DNA of 64,000 bases from Macrostomum lignano (taxonomy: Eukaryota): NCBI GenBank assembly GCA_002269645.1, contig NIVC01000217.1:719793-783792 (forward strand). The letters are read 5' to 3'. The translations under genes were made by a program, and so were the position numbers. Each line of letters begins with the position of its first letter. Within the stretch, counting starts at the first letter, position 1. The notes under the pieces were generated by a model that did not search any database, was not told the origin of the DNA, and saw only the letters and a list, made by a program, of their open reading frames with translations. Below, piece by piece: positions 35,050 to 48,830 of this stretch.

Positions 35050-35710
35050 AACAGACATTCCCTCTATAAACAAAAGCATCCCCCAGACCGCTAGCAACCC
35101 CTGATAGCAAGCATAACCTGGATACAAATGGCCCTGATAGATACCTAGCAACCCCCTCTCAGGTACCCTCCACCTCCCAAGGGCAAGCATCTCCCAATAG
35201 CAAGCATCCCCCAGATAGCAAGAATTCCCCAGATAGCAAGCATTCTCCAGATAGCAAGCATCCCCCAGATAGCGAGCATCCCCCAGATAGCAAGCATCCC
35301 CCAGATAGAAAGCATCCCCCAGATAGCAAGCATCCCCCAGATAGCAAGCATTCCCCAGATAGCAAGCATTCCCCAGATAGCAAGAATCCCCCAGATAGCA
35401 AGCATCCCCCAGATCGCAAGCATCCCCCAGACCGCAAGCAACCCCAGATAGAAAGCATAACCTGGATACAACGAGACCTTATATATATCTAGCAACCCCC
35501 TCTCAGATAGCAAGTACCCTCCACCACCCCCCAAAGAGCAAGCATCTCCCAATAGCAAGTTACCCCAGTAGCAAGCATCCTTCCGATAGCAAGCATCCCC
35601 CCAATAGCAAGCATCCCTCGGATAGCAAGCATCCCCCTGATAGCAAGCATCCCCCTGATAGCAAGCATCCACCTGATAGCAAGTATCCACACTTAAATAG
35701 CAAGCATCCA
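35050..35710. repeat. 18-bp minisatellite (ATAGCAAGCATCCCCCAG)n, degenerate
   Basis: Visible tandem units. Confidence 0.92.
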
Positions 35711-35759
35711 CCAGAGAACAATAGCTAGTGCAACAATTTTCTTAGCTTTATAGTGGCTC

Positions 35760-38645
35760 CATTTTGTTTGGCATGACACTTCTTTTTATGTTTGAAACGG
35801 TGTCTCTTTTATGTTTGGCATGGTGGCGCTTTTGTGTTTGACATGGCAGCTCTATTATGTTTGACATGGTGGCTCTTTAATGTTCGCCAAGGTGGCTCCT
35901 TAATGTTTGACATGGTGGCTCTTTTATGATCGACATGGTGGCTCTTTTATGTTTGGCATGGTGGCTCTTTAATGTTCGACATGGTGGCTCTTTTATGTTT
36001 GACATGGTGGCTCTTTTATGTTTGGCATGGTGACTCTTTTATGATCGATATGGTGGCTCTTTTCTGTTTGGCATGGTGGCTCTTTAATGTTTGACATGGT
36101 GGCTCTTTTATGTTTGGCATGGTGGCTCTTTAATGTTCGGAATGGTGGCTATTTTATGTTTGGCATGGTGACTCTTTTATGTTCGACATAGTGGCTCTTG
36201 AATGTTTGACATGGTAGGTCTTTATTGTTTGACATGGTAGCTCTTTTTTGTTTGACTTGGTGGCTCTTTTATGTTTGACATGATGCCTGTTTTATGTTTG
36301 ACATGGTAGGTCTTTAATGTTTGACATGGTAGCTCTTATGTTTGAGTTGGTGGCTCTTTAACGTTTGACATGGTGGCTCTTGAATCTTTGACATGGTGGC
36401 TCCTTAATGTTTGACATGGAGTCACCTATATGTATTACATGGTGGCTCTTTAATGTTCGCCATGTTTGTCATCACGTTTTTCATGTTTGAGTCACGTATA
36501 TGTTTGACATGGTGTCTCTTTTATGATCGAAATTGTTGCTCTTTTATGTTTGGCATGGTGGCTCTTATATGTTTGACATGGTGGCTCATGAATGTTTGAC
36601 ATGGTAGGTCTTTATTGTTTGACATGGTAGCTCTTTTATGTGCGACTTGGTGGCTATTTAATGTTCGACATGGTGGCTCTTTAACGTTTGACACGGTGAC
36701 TCTTGAATGTTCGATATGGTGGCTCTTTAATGTTCGACATGGTGGCAATTTTATGTTTGGCATGGTGGCTCTTTTATGTTCGACATGGCGGCTCTTTTAT
36801 GTTTAGCATGGTGGCTCTTTAATGTTCGACATGGTGGCTCTTTAACGTTTGACATGGTTGCTCTTAAATCTTTGACATGGTGGCTGTTTAATGTTGGACA
36901 TGGAGTCGCCTATATGTTTTACATGGTGTTTTACATAAATATGTTTTACATAGTTTACATGGTTTTACATGGTGGCTCTTTTATGATCGACATGGTGGTT
37001 TTTTTCTGTTTGGTACGGTGGCTCTTTAATGTTTGACATGATGGCTCTTTTATGTTTGACATGATAGCTCTTATATGTTTGACATGGTAGGTCTGTATTG
37101 TTTGACATGGTAGCTCTTATGTTTGAGTTGGTGGCTCTTTAATGTTCGATATGGTGGCTCTTTTATGTTCGACATGGCGGCTCTTTTATGTTTAGCATGG
37201 TGGCTCTTTAATGTTCGACATGGTGGCTCTTTAACGTTTGACATGGTTGCTCTTAAATCTTTGACATGGTGGCTGTTTAATGTTGGACATGGAGTCGCCT
37301 ATATGTTTTACATGGTGTTTTACATAAATATGTTTTACATAGTTTACATGGTTTTACATGGTGGCTCTTTTATGATCGACATGGTGGTTTTTTTCTGTTT
37401 GGTACGGTGGCTCTTTAATGTTTGACATGATGGCTCTTTTATGTTTGACATGATAGCTCTTATGTTTGAGTTGGTGGCTCTTTAATGTTCGATATGGTGG
37501 CTCTTTTATGTTTGGCATGGTGGCTCTTTATTGTTTGACATGGTAGCTCTTTTATGTTTGACTCGGTGGTTCTTTAATGTTCGATATGGTGGCTCTTTAA
37601 TGTTTGACATGATGCCTCTTTTATGTTTGAGATGGTAGGTCTTTATTGTTTGACATGGTAGCTCTTATGTTTGACTTGGTGGCTCTTTAATGTTCGATAT
37701 GGTGGCTCTTTAATGTTTGACATGATGCCTCTTTTATGTTTGAGATGGTAGGTCTTTATTGTTTGACATGGTAGCTCTTATGTTTGACTTGGTGGCTCTT
37801 TAATGTTCGATATGGTGGCTCTTTTATGTTTGGCATGGTGGCTCTTTATTGTTTGACATGGTAGCTCTTTTATGTTTGACTTGGTGGCTCTTTCATGTTT
37901 GACATGATGCCTCTTTTATCTTTGACATGGTAGGTCTTTAATGTTTGACATGGTAGCTCTTAAGTTTTACTTGGTGGCTCTTTAATGTTCGATATGGTGG
38001 CTCTTTAATGTTCGACATGGTGGCTATTTTATGTTTGGCATGGTGGCTCTTTTATGTTCGACATGGCGGCTCTTTATGTTTGGCATGGTGGCTCTTTAAT
38101 GTTCGACATGGTGGCTCTTTAACGTGATGCGAGATATCCTGCGACGGAACTGAGCTCTGGATGCGGCTCTTGAATTATGGAATCTGCTACCCCCTAAGAG
38201 TTGGGAAACAAACGGTTGTCAAGTGACCGAAGCGCCCCATCCTCCCGTTTGTCTGTTCCACACTTACTGCATGGACACCGCTTCAGCAGTGTCCGGCAGT
38301 GAAGCTTAGAAACCCCTACTCTCTTTTTTCTATCTTTTAATTGACTGTGCGCTACATAAACAAGTTATAGATAAATTCCATATTGAATTGACATAGACAT
38401 GGCGCCTCTTTTATGTTTGACATCACGCTTCTTTGATGTTTTACAGGTCGCTTCTGTTATGTTTGACATGGTGCCTCTTTTATGTTTGACATGGTGCCTC
38501 TTTTATGCTGGACATGGTGCCTCTTTTATGTTTGACATGACGCTTCTTTGATGTTTTACAGGTCGCTTCTGTTATTTTTGACATGGTGCCTCTTTTATGT
38601 TTTACATGGTGCCTCTTATGCTTGACATGGTGCCTCTTTTATGTT
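35760..38645. repeat. 22-23-bp minisatellite (TTTTATGTTTGACATGGTGGCTC)n, inverted relative of the 9.7/14.4/21.4-kb family
   Basis: Reverse complement shares CATGTCAAACATAAAAGA; interrupted by unique sequence at ~38125-38395. Confidence 0.93.
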
Positions 38646-38689
38646 TAGCAGTTTTGTGTTAATAAGACTTCTTAATAAAGATATTTATT

Positions 38690-38745
38690 TTACGCTACTC
38701 AGATTCGAACCCAGGTCGCTACATCAGCAGTCCAGTCTGTCATCT
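38690..38745 (-). other. Possible tRNA-derived SINE head remnant
   Basis: B-box-like GGTTCGAATC in T-arm context (GACCTGGGTTCGAATCTGAGT); no complete cloverleaf. Confidence 0.3.
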
Positions 38746-39470
38746 CTTATCTCTTGGTTATCTCTTGTCAATTGGATAATATGAATTGTGGCCCTTATAA
38801 TTCAATGCTTACAGCAAGTAGGGACTTGGTTAGAGTAAACGTTGTAACATAATAAATTTTATTTCTCACTCTGATCCGGACTTGAGAAGCACGAGATGAG
38901 GAACTTAACGACTTTTAGGTGACCATTTCTTGCAGCAGATGGGCAGTTTGGATGCAGGAATCATCTATTTTAGTTTAGTCAGCGACTGTCTGCAGAATAA
39001 ACGTGATGACTTGTAGCTGACCATATCGTGCAGCCAAGTGGAGCATTTTGTGTGCAAAAGCGGATTTTGGCTGTTTGTCGTGGTCGAAGCAGCAGATGAG
39101 TTCTGAGTGCGGTGATGTAGCTGGTGGTGACAGCTTGATGTGAGCTGAGGTATTGACCCATTGGTAATTGAAGTGGAGCGTTCTGTGATCTGTGAAAAGA
39201 AACAGAGAAACAGAGAATAGAATAAAGAAGGAATAAGGAGGGGAATGAGAAAGAGGGGAGAGAGAGTAGGGAAGGGGAGAGAGGGGAGGGAGAAAAGAGG
39301 AGAGGGATAATTTTCGGTGCCATCCCTGCAGCTGAACTCATAGAGAAGTGAGGGAGCGGGAGGTAGGGGAAGACCGGATGTGTCAAAGAAAAAAGAGGGA
39401 AAGGGAGAGCTGAGATGCTTACTTAAAGTGAAAACATCGGGCTTACCTTAGATAACGTTTTTGATAATTT

Positions 39471-39696
39471 GGCAGTCACCGGTGCTTCTCCTGTCTTCTG
39501 TCAGAGCAGCAGCTGTCAGTCACCAGTGCTTCTCCTGTCTGCTGTCAGAGCAGCAGCTGTCAGTCACCAGTGCGTCTCATGTCTGCTGTCAGAGCAGCAG
39601 CTGTCAGTCACCAGTGCTTCTCCTGTCTGCTGTCAGAGCAGCAGCTGTCAGTCACCAGTGCGTCTCATGTCTGCTGTCACAGCAGCAGCTGTCAGT
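39471..39696. repeat. 44-bp tandem repeat, about 5 copies
   Basis: GTCAGTCACCAGTGCTTCTCCTGTCTGCTGTCAGAGCAGCAGCT. Confidence 0.93.
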
Positions 39697-39922
<226 letters not shown>

Positions 39923-40365
39923 CATAAGCAGCCCAGTTCATTTGAACTTTATGAGGAACAAAAAATTAGTACAGATTCTCTGCTGTGTTCCGAGAGGGAC
40001 CAGTCGGCCCTAACCCACTTGCTTTCAAGCCGTAGGCCTAGGTCTACTCTGACTGTTCTGATTTATTTATGTTAGTTATGTTATGCTTGTGAGCCGTCCC
40101 CGTGCGCTGCGCGCTCTTGTCAGCCCCGCTGTTCAATCTACTATCCCTCCCACCAGCCAACTTAACCCTTCGGCCCTTGCAATATTCAAACCCCCACCCC
40201 ATTCAGTTCTTCTCTCCTCTGCAGCCAATCGGCTTGAGCTTTGGCCCTTCTAGCATTATGTACATCGTATTGCATATCGATCAACCACAATATATAATAG
40301 CACGCAAGGCATACCTTTTTTCCATTCGCAATTAATTGAGCCTTTACAGTGGCATCGCTAGCAGT

Positions 40366-41238
40366 ATGTCAGTACCTTTGCAACTGCCACCGCCGGAGCC
40401 TTTTGATACACAGAAAGAGCCACATAACCTATCGGCAAGGTGGGCAGAATGGGCCAACCGTCTCAAGTGCTTCGTCACTGCAAGCGGCATTGAGGACCCT
40501 ACTCAACAGCACGAAATTCTGCTCTACGTCGGCGGCAAGCAAGTCGCCGAAGCCTACGCAGAACTTGCGGATCCCGGCAGGACTCTTGACGAGCTCCTGG
40601 ACGCCCTGAAGAGACACTTCAGCAGCCGGCACAATCCCGTGTTCGTGCGTTACGAATTCAGGCACTGCACGCAGCAGCCGGGCGAGTCTATCAACGCATG
40701 GGTTCAGCGCCTGTTCAAGGCAGCAGAGGGCTGCGAATTCGAGGCCCAACGTGATCCGATCATCCGAGATCAAATCGTCGCCGGCTGCCAGTCGGATCAG
40801 CTGCGCCGCAGGCTCCTGCAGACGCCGAACATCGGACTCAGCGAAGCCCTGCAGCAAGCCAGAGCGTTCGAAGCTGCTGATCTCCAATCCGCTGTCATAG
40901 AAGCCCGAAAGAACGAATCGGTGAACGCGATCCGCCGGTTCGAGAAGCCAAGGCGACAGGAGCAGCAGGACCGACCTAGAAACAAGTGCATCCGGTGCGG
41001 GGAGCCAGGCCATCGGACCTGCGATGCGGCCAAAGGAAAAACCTGCCGAAACTGCAATAAGGTCGGACACCTTGCCAAGGCTTGCCTGTCGAAACCCATA
41101 AGCGCCAGGAAAGTGCACGTCATCGCCGGGGAACAGCAGAGTGAGCAGCAGGACAGCGACAGCAGCTGTGAGGTTTTCTGCCTGACGCCACAGAGAAATC
41201 GACTGCCGCTCGTCAAGGCGTACATCGACGGCCACTGA
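40366..41238 (+). CDS. Gypsy gag with two CCHC knuckles
   Basis: PPEPFD, QQPGESI..W..RL, RDQIV; CIRCGEPGH, CRNCNKVGHLAKAC. Confidence 0.88.
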   Translation: MSVPLQLPPPEPFDTQKEPHNLSARWAEWANRLKCFVTASGIEDPTQQHEILLYVGGKQVAEAYAELADPGRTLDELLDALKRHFSSRHNPVFVRYEFRHCTQQPGESINAWVQRLFKAAEGCEFEAQRDPIIRDQIVAGCQSDQLRRRLLQTPNIGLSEALQQARAFEAADLQSAVIEARKNESVNAIRRFEKPRRQEQQDRPRNKCIRCGEPGHRTCDAAKGKTCRNCNKVGHLAKACLSKPISARKVHVIAGEQQSEQQDSDSSCEVFCLTPQRNRLPLVKAYIDGH

Positions 41239-44200
41239 CCTGCTGATCGACAGCGGCGTCAGCTGCAACCTAATGGACTCAAAGACGTTCGAGGCGGTAG
41301 GAGGCGACGCAACCAAGCTCCGTGAGTCAAAGAATCGAGTTTTCCCGTTCGGTTCGAGCAATCCGCTAACCACGCTAGGCAAGGCCACGTTCCAGACAGC
41401 CGTCTACGACGTCAGGGCCAGCATTGACTACGTCATCGTAAAGGAGACCGGCACGACGATCGTAGCCCGACAGACCAGCGATAAGCTGGGAATCCTTCGC
41501 GTCGGACCGAGCAACGCCACCATCTGCAACTTAAAGGACGAGGGCAAACTTTCAGAGCCACTCAACGCTGCCCTAGCGGCGGCGGTCACGGAGGCAGACG
41601 ACCAGACGCTATCGGAGCCGGGGCGCCTCAGCAGCATCCTCGGAACCTACCGGCAGAGATTTGAAGGCATCGGATGTGTCAAAGGCATCGATGTCGGAAT
41701 CGAACTACGAGAGGGAGCGGTTCCAGTTTGCCACCCACTAAGCCGCATCCCCGTGCACTTGAGAGAGGCAGCGCAGCGCGAGCTGGACGAACAACTCCAG
41801 GCAGGAATCATCGAGAGAGTGACGGGCCCATCCGAATGGGTGGCCCGAATCGTTGTGGTTCCCAAGCAACAGCCTGGGCAAGTGCGCATCACTCAGGACC
41901 TGCGGGACGTCAACAAATTCGTCGTGCCGGAGAAACAGCCCATACCGACTTTCGAAGAAGTCACCGACGAAATGGCTGGGGCACGATACTTCTCCGAACT
42001 GGACATTAATAAAGCATTCCACCAGATCCGCGTCCGGGAAGAGTCGCGACACCTGCTGACCTTCTCTACACCAAAAGGTCTCATGAGACTGACACGCCTG
42101 TGCATGGGCTTTACATCGGCTTCTGAGATCCTGCAACGAGTTATGAGCAGTGTACTCGGCGGCCTGCCAGGAGTCCGCTGGGTACATGATGACATCATCG
42201 TCTATGCGAGAAGCATTAGCGAGCACAATCAGCGACTGGCAGCAACGCTACAGAGGCTCGAAGCCCACAGCATTACCCTAAATCCGGCGAAATGCAAATT
42301 CGCAGTCAAGGAAGCCACGTTCCTCGCAATGCGCCTATCCGAAAAAGGCATCCAGCCGACAGAGGAGAAAGTAAGCACTCGAAAGTAAGCATTTCGAGCA
42401 CCGAAGAACGCATCCGAGGTCAGATCCTTTCTCGGCCTAGTGGCATTCGTCAGCCGATTCATTCCAGCCCTAGCAGACACAGCCAAGCCTCTTCGAAACT
42501 TGACAAAAAAAGAAGCCGCGTGGACGTGGGGAGAAGTCGAAGAAACAGCCTTCAACGCCATAAAAAACTCAATCTCTGCGAGTGGCACGCTGGCCATTTT
42601 CGATAAGCAAAGACCAACCGAGGTGATCGTTGACGCCAGCCCCACAGGACTCGGACCAATCCTCAGCCAGCAGCAGCCGGACTGCAGTCTCAGGCCCATC
42701 GCCTACGCAAGTCGCGCCCTAACAGCCGTCGAGACCCGCTATTCTCAAACGGAGAGGGAAGCCCTCGCCGTCAAATTCGGCTGCGTTCGCTTCCGCCACT
42801 ACCTCAGCGGATCACCGGGCTTTCGTGTCGTTACGGATCACAAGCCGCTGGTGCACCTCTTCAAGCCACGATCGCGTCCACCACCAAGGATCGAAAGGAT
42901 GGCGCTGAGCATTCAGGACCTGATTTTCGAAACAATGTACAGGCCAGGCGCGACTAATCCGAGCGACGTTCTCAGCCGGCAGCCTTGCTCGTCTATGGAG
43001 GCAGCCAGCGTCAGCGAACTCCGCGATTACCGCTACATCAACAGCATCACCAAGGAGGCGACCCCAAAAGGGCTGTCGCTGCAGCAGATTAAAGACGCAA
43101 CAGCAACAGACGGAGTGCTCCAAGCAGCTGTATCGGCACTTCGCGGTAGCGACTGGGACATCCGAGACGCAGCGCTGCGATCCCTGCACGCAGTCAGGCA
43201 GGAGCTCTCCGTGACGGATGGGATTCTGCTGAGAGGCCAGCGGATAGTCGTTCCCGAGGCACTCCAGCAGACTGTGCTGCGGCTCGCTCACCAAGGACAC
43301 CAGGGAGAAAAGAAGACGCAAGCCAGACTGTCAGCGAAGGTCTGGTGGCCGGGCATGGCGGGGCAAGCACAGCGGATGTGCAACACCTGCCTTCCCTGCC
43401 AAGCTGCGAGCCATCAAGCCGAAATCCCAGCAGCACATCAGGCAACGCCGCTGCCACCCTACGCCTGGCACACACTGGGCATCGACTCCACCGGGCCGGT
43501 GCACAACCGACATCTTCTCGTCCTAGTAGATCACTTCTCCCGATACCCGATCGTCATCAGCATGTCGTCCATGACAGCCGAGTCCGTTACCAAGCAGCTG
43601 CGGAGCCTGTTCGCCACATTCGGCAGACCAGCTCAACTCGTTTCCGACAATGGACCGCCGTTTAGCTCGCAAGCCTTCAAGGAGTTTCTCAGCAGCAATG
43701 GCGTGCAGCACCGCCTCATCACTCCATACCACCCAGCGGCCAACGGGTCACGGAACGCGTCAACCGCTCCATCAACAAAATCGTGCGCATCGCGAGTATT
43801 GAGTCGTCCGACTGGCGGGCCGCCCTACAGGACTGGCTGGAGGCATACCGGAACACGCCGCACACAAGCACCGGGGCGACGCCCGCGGAGCTCATGTTTC
43901 AACGACAAGTGCAGGACTGCATTCCCAGCGTGCAGCAGCGCAGCCAGCAGCCACGGAACCTAGCGGCAGTCAGAGCTCGTGACAACGCCGCTAAGCAACG
44001 AATGACGCGCAACGCAGACAGCCGCAGGAGAGCCGCCAGCCACAGCATCAAGTCCGGCGACCTGGTGCTGCGACGACGGAGACCGGCCACGAAAGGAGAA
44101 ACACCCTTCGAACCAGAGGCCTGGGTCGTCGCGAAAGTGCAGGGAGACTCGCTCGTGCTGCACAGAGGACGCGAGTCCTGCATGCGCCACATCACGGATC

Positions 44201-44358
44201 TAAAGCGGCTTACGGTGCAAAGTCCACAACCGCCACCGTTCACGCCCCCGCGGCCGGCCCCACAGACGCCAGACTGCGGCGAGCAACCACCGGAGGCGAT
44301 CGCCCAGCGCGCGCATCCACGCGCGTGCAAAGGTCAACCAAGGAATCTAAATATCTGA
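41236..44358 (+). pseudogene. Gypsy pol (protease, RT, RNase H, integrase) with stop at 42386 and frameshift ~43745
   Basis: LLIDSGVSCN, ELDINKAFHQ, VHDDII, VDAS..GLG, YSQTEREAL, TDHKPL, H-G-H..C..C, LGIDSTGP, VSDNGPPF, YRNTPHTSTG. Confidence 0.92.
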
Positions 44359-45249
44359 TCGGTTCGCTGAATTTTTTAAATGATTAACTGACTTGACTTA
44401 TACTAGGTGACAAAGTGACTTTTGCATGCCTTTACTCATTTACTTCATAGACAGCGTTTATGTACTCATCATCTTTTTTTAACTGCTACTGGCTGATCGC
44501 GCTTTTGTGGTGGGGGGAATGATCCGCCATGCGGCTAATGCAATTATTTTTATCTCTTTTATAATTTGCTTTCGCCCAATTGTTTATTCCGTAAAAAATA
44601 TTTCAATAACCCACATACCGATTTTATGCCTATCCATCAGTCTGCTTTCCGCAAATGCTCGCGCGCTGACAGCTGCCATCCAATGCGTTTTTAATTCCTG
44701 TTTTAATCCGCTCGGGGAAGGATGTGAGCCGTCCCCGTGCGCTGCGCGCTCTTGTCAGCCCCGCTGTTCAATGTACTATCCCTCCCACCAGCCAACTTAA
44801 CCCTTCGGCCCTTGCAATATTCAAACCCCTACCCCATTCAGTTCTTCTCTCCTCTGCAGCCAATCGGCTTGAGCTTTGGCCCTTCTAGCATTATGTACAT
44901 CGTATTGCATATCGATCAACCACAATATATAATAGCACGCAAGGCTAAGTGGAAGCCTAAGCTTTTTTTCATTCGCAATTAATTGAGCCTTTACAATGCT
45001 ATGTAGGCTTGGTATTTCAGCAAAAACAGCTCTAGCGATGAGGCGACGAGGCGCGCGACCCTAGTATAGATGCAGGATGAAAACTAACCACCCTAAGCCG
45101 ACAGACAGACAGGGAGAACCAAGGCAATGGGCCTGCTTGGCACCGCGGTACATTCCGGACTCGTTCCCTTCGGCAGTAGGGGCACCTGGGAGAGCGGTTT
45201 GTGAGGGAACTAATTATTTATGAATTACCGGCATTGGCCTAGAGTAGCC

Positions 45250-45770
45250 ATAGATATCCAATGGATTAGCCATAGATATCCCTTAGATTGCCAATAGAAA
45301 TCCCCTAGATTAGCCATAGATCCATAGATATCCTTTAGAGTAACTATAGATATCCCATAGATACCCCTAGATTAACCATAGATAGCCCAAGATTACCCAT
45401 AAATACCCCTAGATTACCCATAAATACCCCTAGATTACCCATAAATACCCCTAGATTACCCATAAATACCCCTAGATTACCCATAAATACCCCTAGATTA
45501 CCCATAAATACCCCTAGATTACCCATAAATACCCCTAGATTACCCATAAATACCCCTAGATTACCGATAAATACCCCTAGATTACCCATAAATACCCCTA
45601 GATTACCCATAAATACCCCTAGATAACCCATAAATACTCCTAGATTACCCGTAAATACCCCTAGATTACCCATAGATACCCTAGATTAGCCATAGATACC
45701 CCTAGATTACCCATAGAGATCCCCTAGATTAGCCATAGAGATCCCCTAGATTAACCATAGATACCCCTAG
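45250..45770. repeat. 21-bp minisatellite (TAGATTACCCATAAATACCCC)n
   Basis: Visible. Confidence 0.95.
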
Positions 45771-46733
45771 ATCACTCATCGATAAAAACGCAAGCAGCCA
45801 GCCAGAATTCAAATCTGTCAGCCGCGCCCCCCATGCCCAGCAGTCTGTTTGCATGACTTTCAGAAAAGCTAAAAGTAAAACTTGGTATCTGGTTTAGTTT
45901 AGACTAACAGGGTTGGGAAGTTATTTTGGCAAAACTGTGAAACCGGACCGGAGAAATTTCGACTGCAGTTTCTGACAGACCGATTTTTGTTCTGGCACCA
46001 AAGGTGGAACTTTGCGAAGATTACTGTCACCATAATACTGCGCATCAAATGCTGATGGCATTAGCGCAGTCCCCGAATAACTGTACTGATTGCTGTACTG
46101 AAGCAGCGGTGACACTAAATGGAACTTTCTCAGGCTAAATCTGTATCAAGGAGATCTAGAAATCAAAGGCACCGACAGCCGGTGAATTTACCAGTTGCTA
46201 TCGCGAGGAAAGCTGCGGCACCCCAGACTGGGGCTGTTTTCATTTCAAACTGCCAACTCACCTGTTTGTGCAACGAGAGTGCGAACGCTATTTAGAACCA
46301 TCGACCATTCCAGACTTGTCCGGAAATCGTCAAAGGTGGCCACTAACATTTAACTGCAATAAATGCGTGATTGACAGATCAGATGGACCAGATAAGTTCG
46401 CATCTAATGAGTATCTCCGACTATTCAGTGCTTACAAATATGTTGAATATTTTTTCACTTCTGTGCACTGCTCATTTCTGTTCAAGGTTCGCATTTGTTC
46501 AATTGGCCGAATCTGTGGGTTTTCAAATGAAGCTGGAGTTGCTGAGGCTCCAAACAAAATGGGATCCATGGTTTTCAGGGACTGCACTTTTCCACACGAG
46601 TTCAGGCGGAGTTTCGAATCCGTCAAAGTGAAGAGAGCTCAGAATTCTGAATGAGTCGAGCACTCAAAGGATTTCGGTTGGTTTATGTCTGAGCAGATGC
46701 AGGCAGCTGACAGAATGTACGTATTTTCCAAAC

Positions 46734-47092
46734 ATGAGTCAGTGGCGCCAATACAGATGAGTCAGTGGCGCCAATACAGATGAGTCAGTGGCGCCAATAC
46801 AGATGAGTCAGTGGCGCCAATAAAGATGAGTCAGTGGCGCCAATACAGATGAGTCAGTGGCGCCAATACAGATGAGTCAGTGGCGCCAATACAGATGAGT
46901 CAGTGGCGCCAATACAGATGAGTCAGTGGCGCCAATACAGATGAGTCAGTGGCGCCAATACAGATGAGTCAGTGGCGCCAATACAGATGAGTCAGTGGCG
47001 CCAATACAGATGAGTCAGTGGCGCCAATACAGATGAGTCAGTGGTGCCAATACAGATGAGTCAGTGGCGCCAATACAGGTGAGTCAGTGGCG
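46734..47092. repeat. 23-bp tandem repeat (ATGAGTCAGTGGCGCCAATACAG)n, about 15 copies
   Basis: Visible, near-perfect. Confidence 0.97.
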
Positions 47093-47486
47093 GTCCTGCA
47101 GTCCGAGATCCTCTGCCAACCGTCAGATGGTGGGCAGGTTGATTTACATTACGGATTTTGCAGGTACGAAGCCAAGAATGAAATTAATAAAATTTGTTTT
47201 GTAGGTCCAAAACATCAAAAATTGTGTTTAGACTTGTGGTACTAAGAGCAACATACGCTCGTAATGTATTCAAAATATTCATACACGAATTTTTACAATT
47301 TTTTTAACTTAAGCTGAACAAAGATGCTGAAATTTTACCAAAGCAAGTTTACCGATTGACTTATACAAATCGAAGCATTTTATAATTTTCTATTGAATTT
47401 TTACCGATATAATAAAATAGATTTCTTTAGATAGATAAATAGATGATGGCACTAGATAAAATAACGGAATTGTAGCTGATGCTTAC

Positions 47487-47590
47487 GAGCTATCAGGCTG
47501 TCAGTCACTGAATGTTCATGAGGGAGCTGTCAGGCTGTCAGTCACTGAATGTTCATGAGGGAGCTGTCAGGCTGTCAGTCACTGAATGTT
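47487..47590. repeat. 37-bp tandem repeat, about 3 copies
   Basis: GCTGTCAGGCTGTCAGTCACTGAATGTTCATGAGGGA. Confidence 0.9.
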
Positions 47591-48138
47591 AAGTCACCCG
47601 TTTCCCAGGGTTCCAACTGCATCAGTGAGGAGAGGCTTGATTTACCTGAGACCAGCCAGATGAGAAGCTTGTCCTTAATTGGTGCAGGTGTAGTCGATTG
47701 CATTAGTGGCTACATCGCTCGTCAGCTGTTGCCCCGACTGAGTTGTCAGACATGTCGCGAAGCCCTGGTCAGCGAAGAGAGTTCTACTCCACTTCTGCAG
47801 CTAAAAGATCGGGGTGGCCTTTGTCATCCGTCAGAAGAGCTGTGTCGCCTGTGCCGTATGTTCGAGCAGACTTTTAGGAGTCACTCCAACGTTGCTCTTG
47901 GTTGCATTAGAATCGAGGCTCTGTTGCAGCAACGGTTAGAGCTGCAATTTCTACTTGTGTCTTCCAAAATATCTGCTGCGAGGCAGCGATTGATGAAAAT
48001 CACCGATACGGAATTCTAAAGATGGTCGCCGAGAAATACACGCGAATAAAGCTCCTTCATACAGTTCGGCGCCAAAATATGATCAGTCCATCGATGCGTT
48101 CTCAACTTGTTAAGAAAATTCTCTTTCTTGGTCAGTGA
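47590..48138 (+). mobile_element. P-element/THAP9-type transposase C-terminal relic
   Basis: ISGYIARQL...SCQTCREAL, KDRGGLCHPSEEL, YTRIKLLH...RSQLVKKILFLGQ*. Confidence 0.8.
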
Positions 48139-48326
48139 GGATTAACGATATGTTAGGCATTTTTACTTCAGTATTTCTTCTGAATACTGGCTTCTTTGAA
48201 AGTTTAAGTTTTAAGTTAAAGTTAATAATTTCTGGTAGTTACTACATAAACTCAAAGCCATTAGTTTAATATGTTTATTTTTCAAAAGAATTTAATGCCG
48301 CATTTGAATTTCCATGTATGTAAATA

Positions 48327-48830
48327 CACTCAGCAACATTGAAAAGTGTCCACGTACTGCACAAAAGGCTACACTAGCTGAACGATTAGGGATTGAAAGG
48401 TTTTTAACTATGTTTGGGCCATAGACAATCAAAATAAGGCAACAAAGAATGAACAGCGAAACAAGTCCATGCCCATTTCCACGCTGTGTACGTGTCTAAA
48501 GCACAGTCAGTAACAGGTATAGATAGAAACCACGAGCAACCAACAGACCGCTCACTCGTCGAGACATTCCCGAACAAGGCGCCGCAGAAAGTCTTGTGGA
48601 AGCTGTTGCCACGCGATTGAAAGCGCATTGCGCAGCTGTACCATGTTCTAGGGGGATAGAGATTGTTGCACCGAATCGTGCGCTTCAGGAAATCCCACAC
48701 GTGCTCAATCGAGTTCATATCCGGTGATCTGGATGGCCAACGCAGAGTGCGCCAATCAGTCATTTAGCGGACTATCGTTGTCACCTGCGTCCAGATGCCT
48801 CCAGTAAACCTCTGTACACTCGTTACTGTA
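48327..48830 (-). mobile_element. Tc1/mariner transposase 3' relic with one terminal repeat
   Basis: WPSRSPDMNSIEHVWDFLKR; terminus TA|CACTCAGCAAC at 48325-48337. Confidence 0.85.

Larger units (their letters stand above)
40088..44995 (+). mobile_element. Full-length but disrupted Ty3/Gypsy (Mag-like) LTR retrotransposon
   Basis: LTRs at 40088-40348 and 44723-44995 (TG...CA), 5-bp TSD ATGCT, PBS-like TGGCATCGCTAG, PPT GGGGAAGGA; gag-PR-RT-RH-IN order. Confidence 0.96.

Noticed and set aside
45921-46654. Short ORFs that might be a transposase relic
   Set aside because: No motif I can assign with confidence.
46734-47092. CRISPR-like 23-bp repeats
   Set aside because: Head-to-tail with no spacers, in a eukaryotic context.
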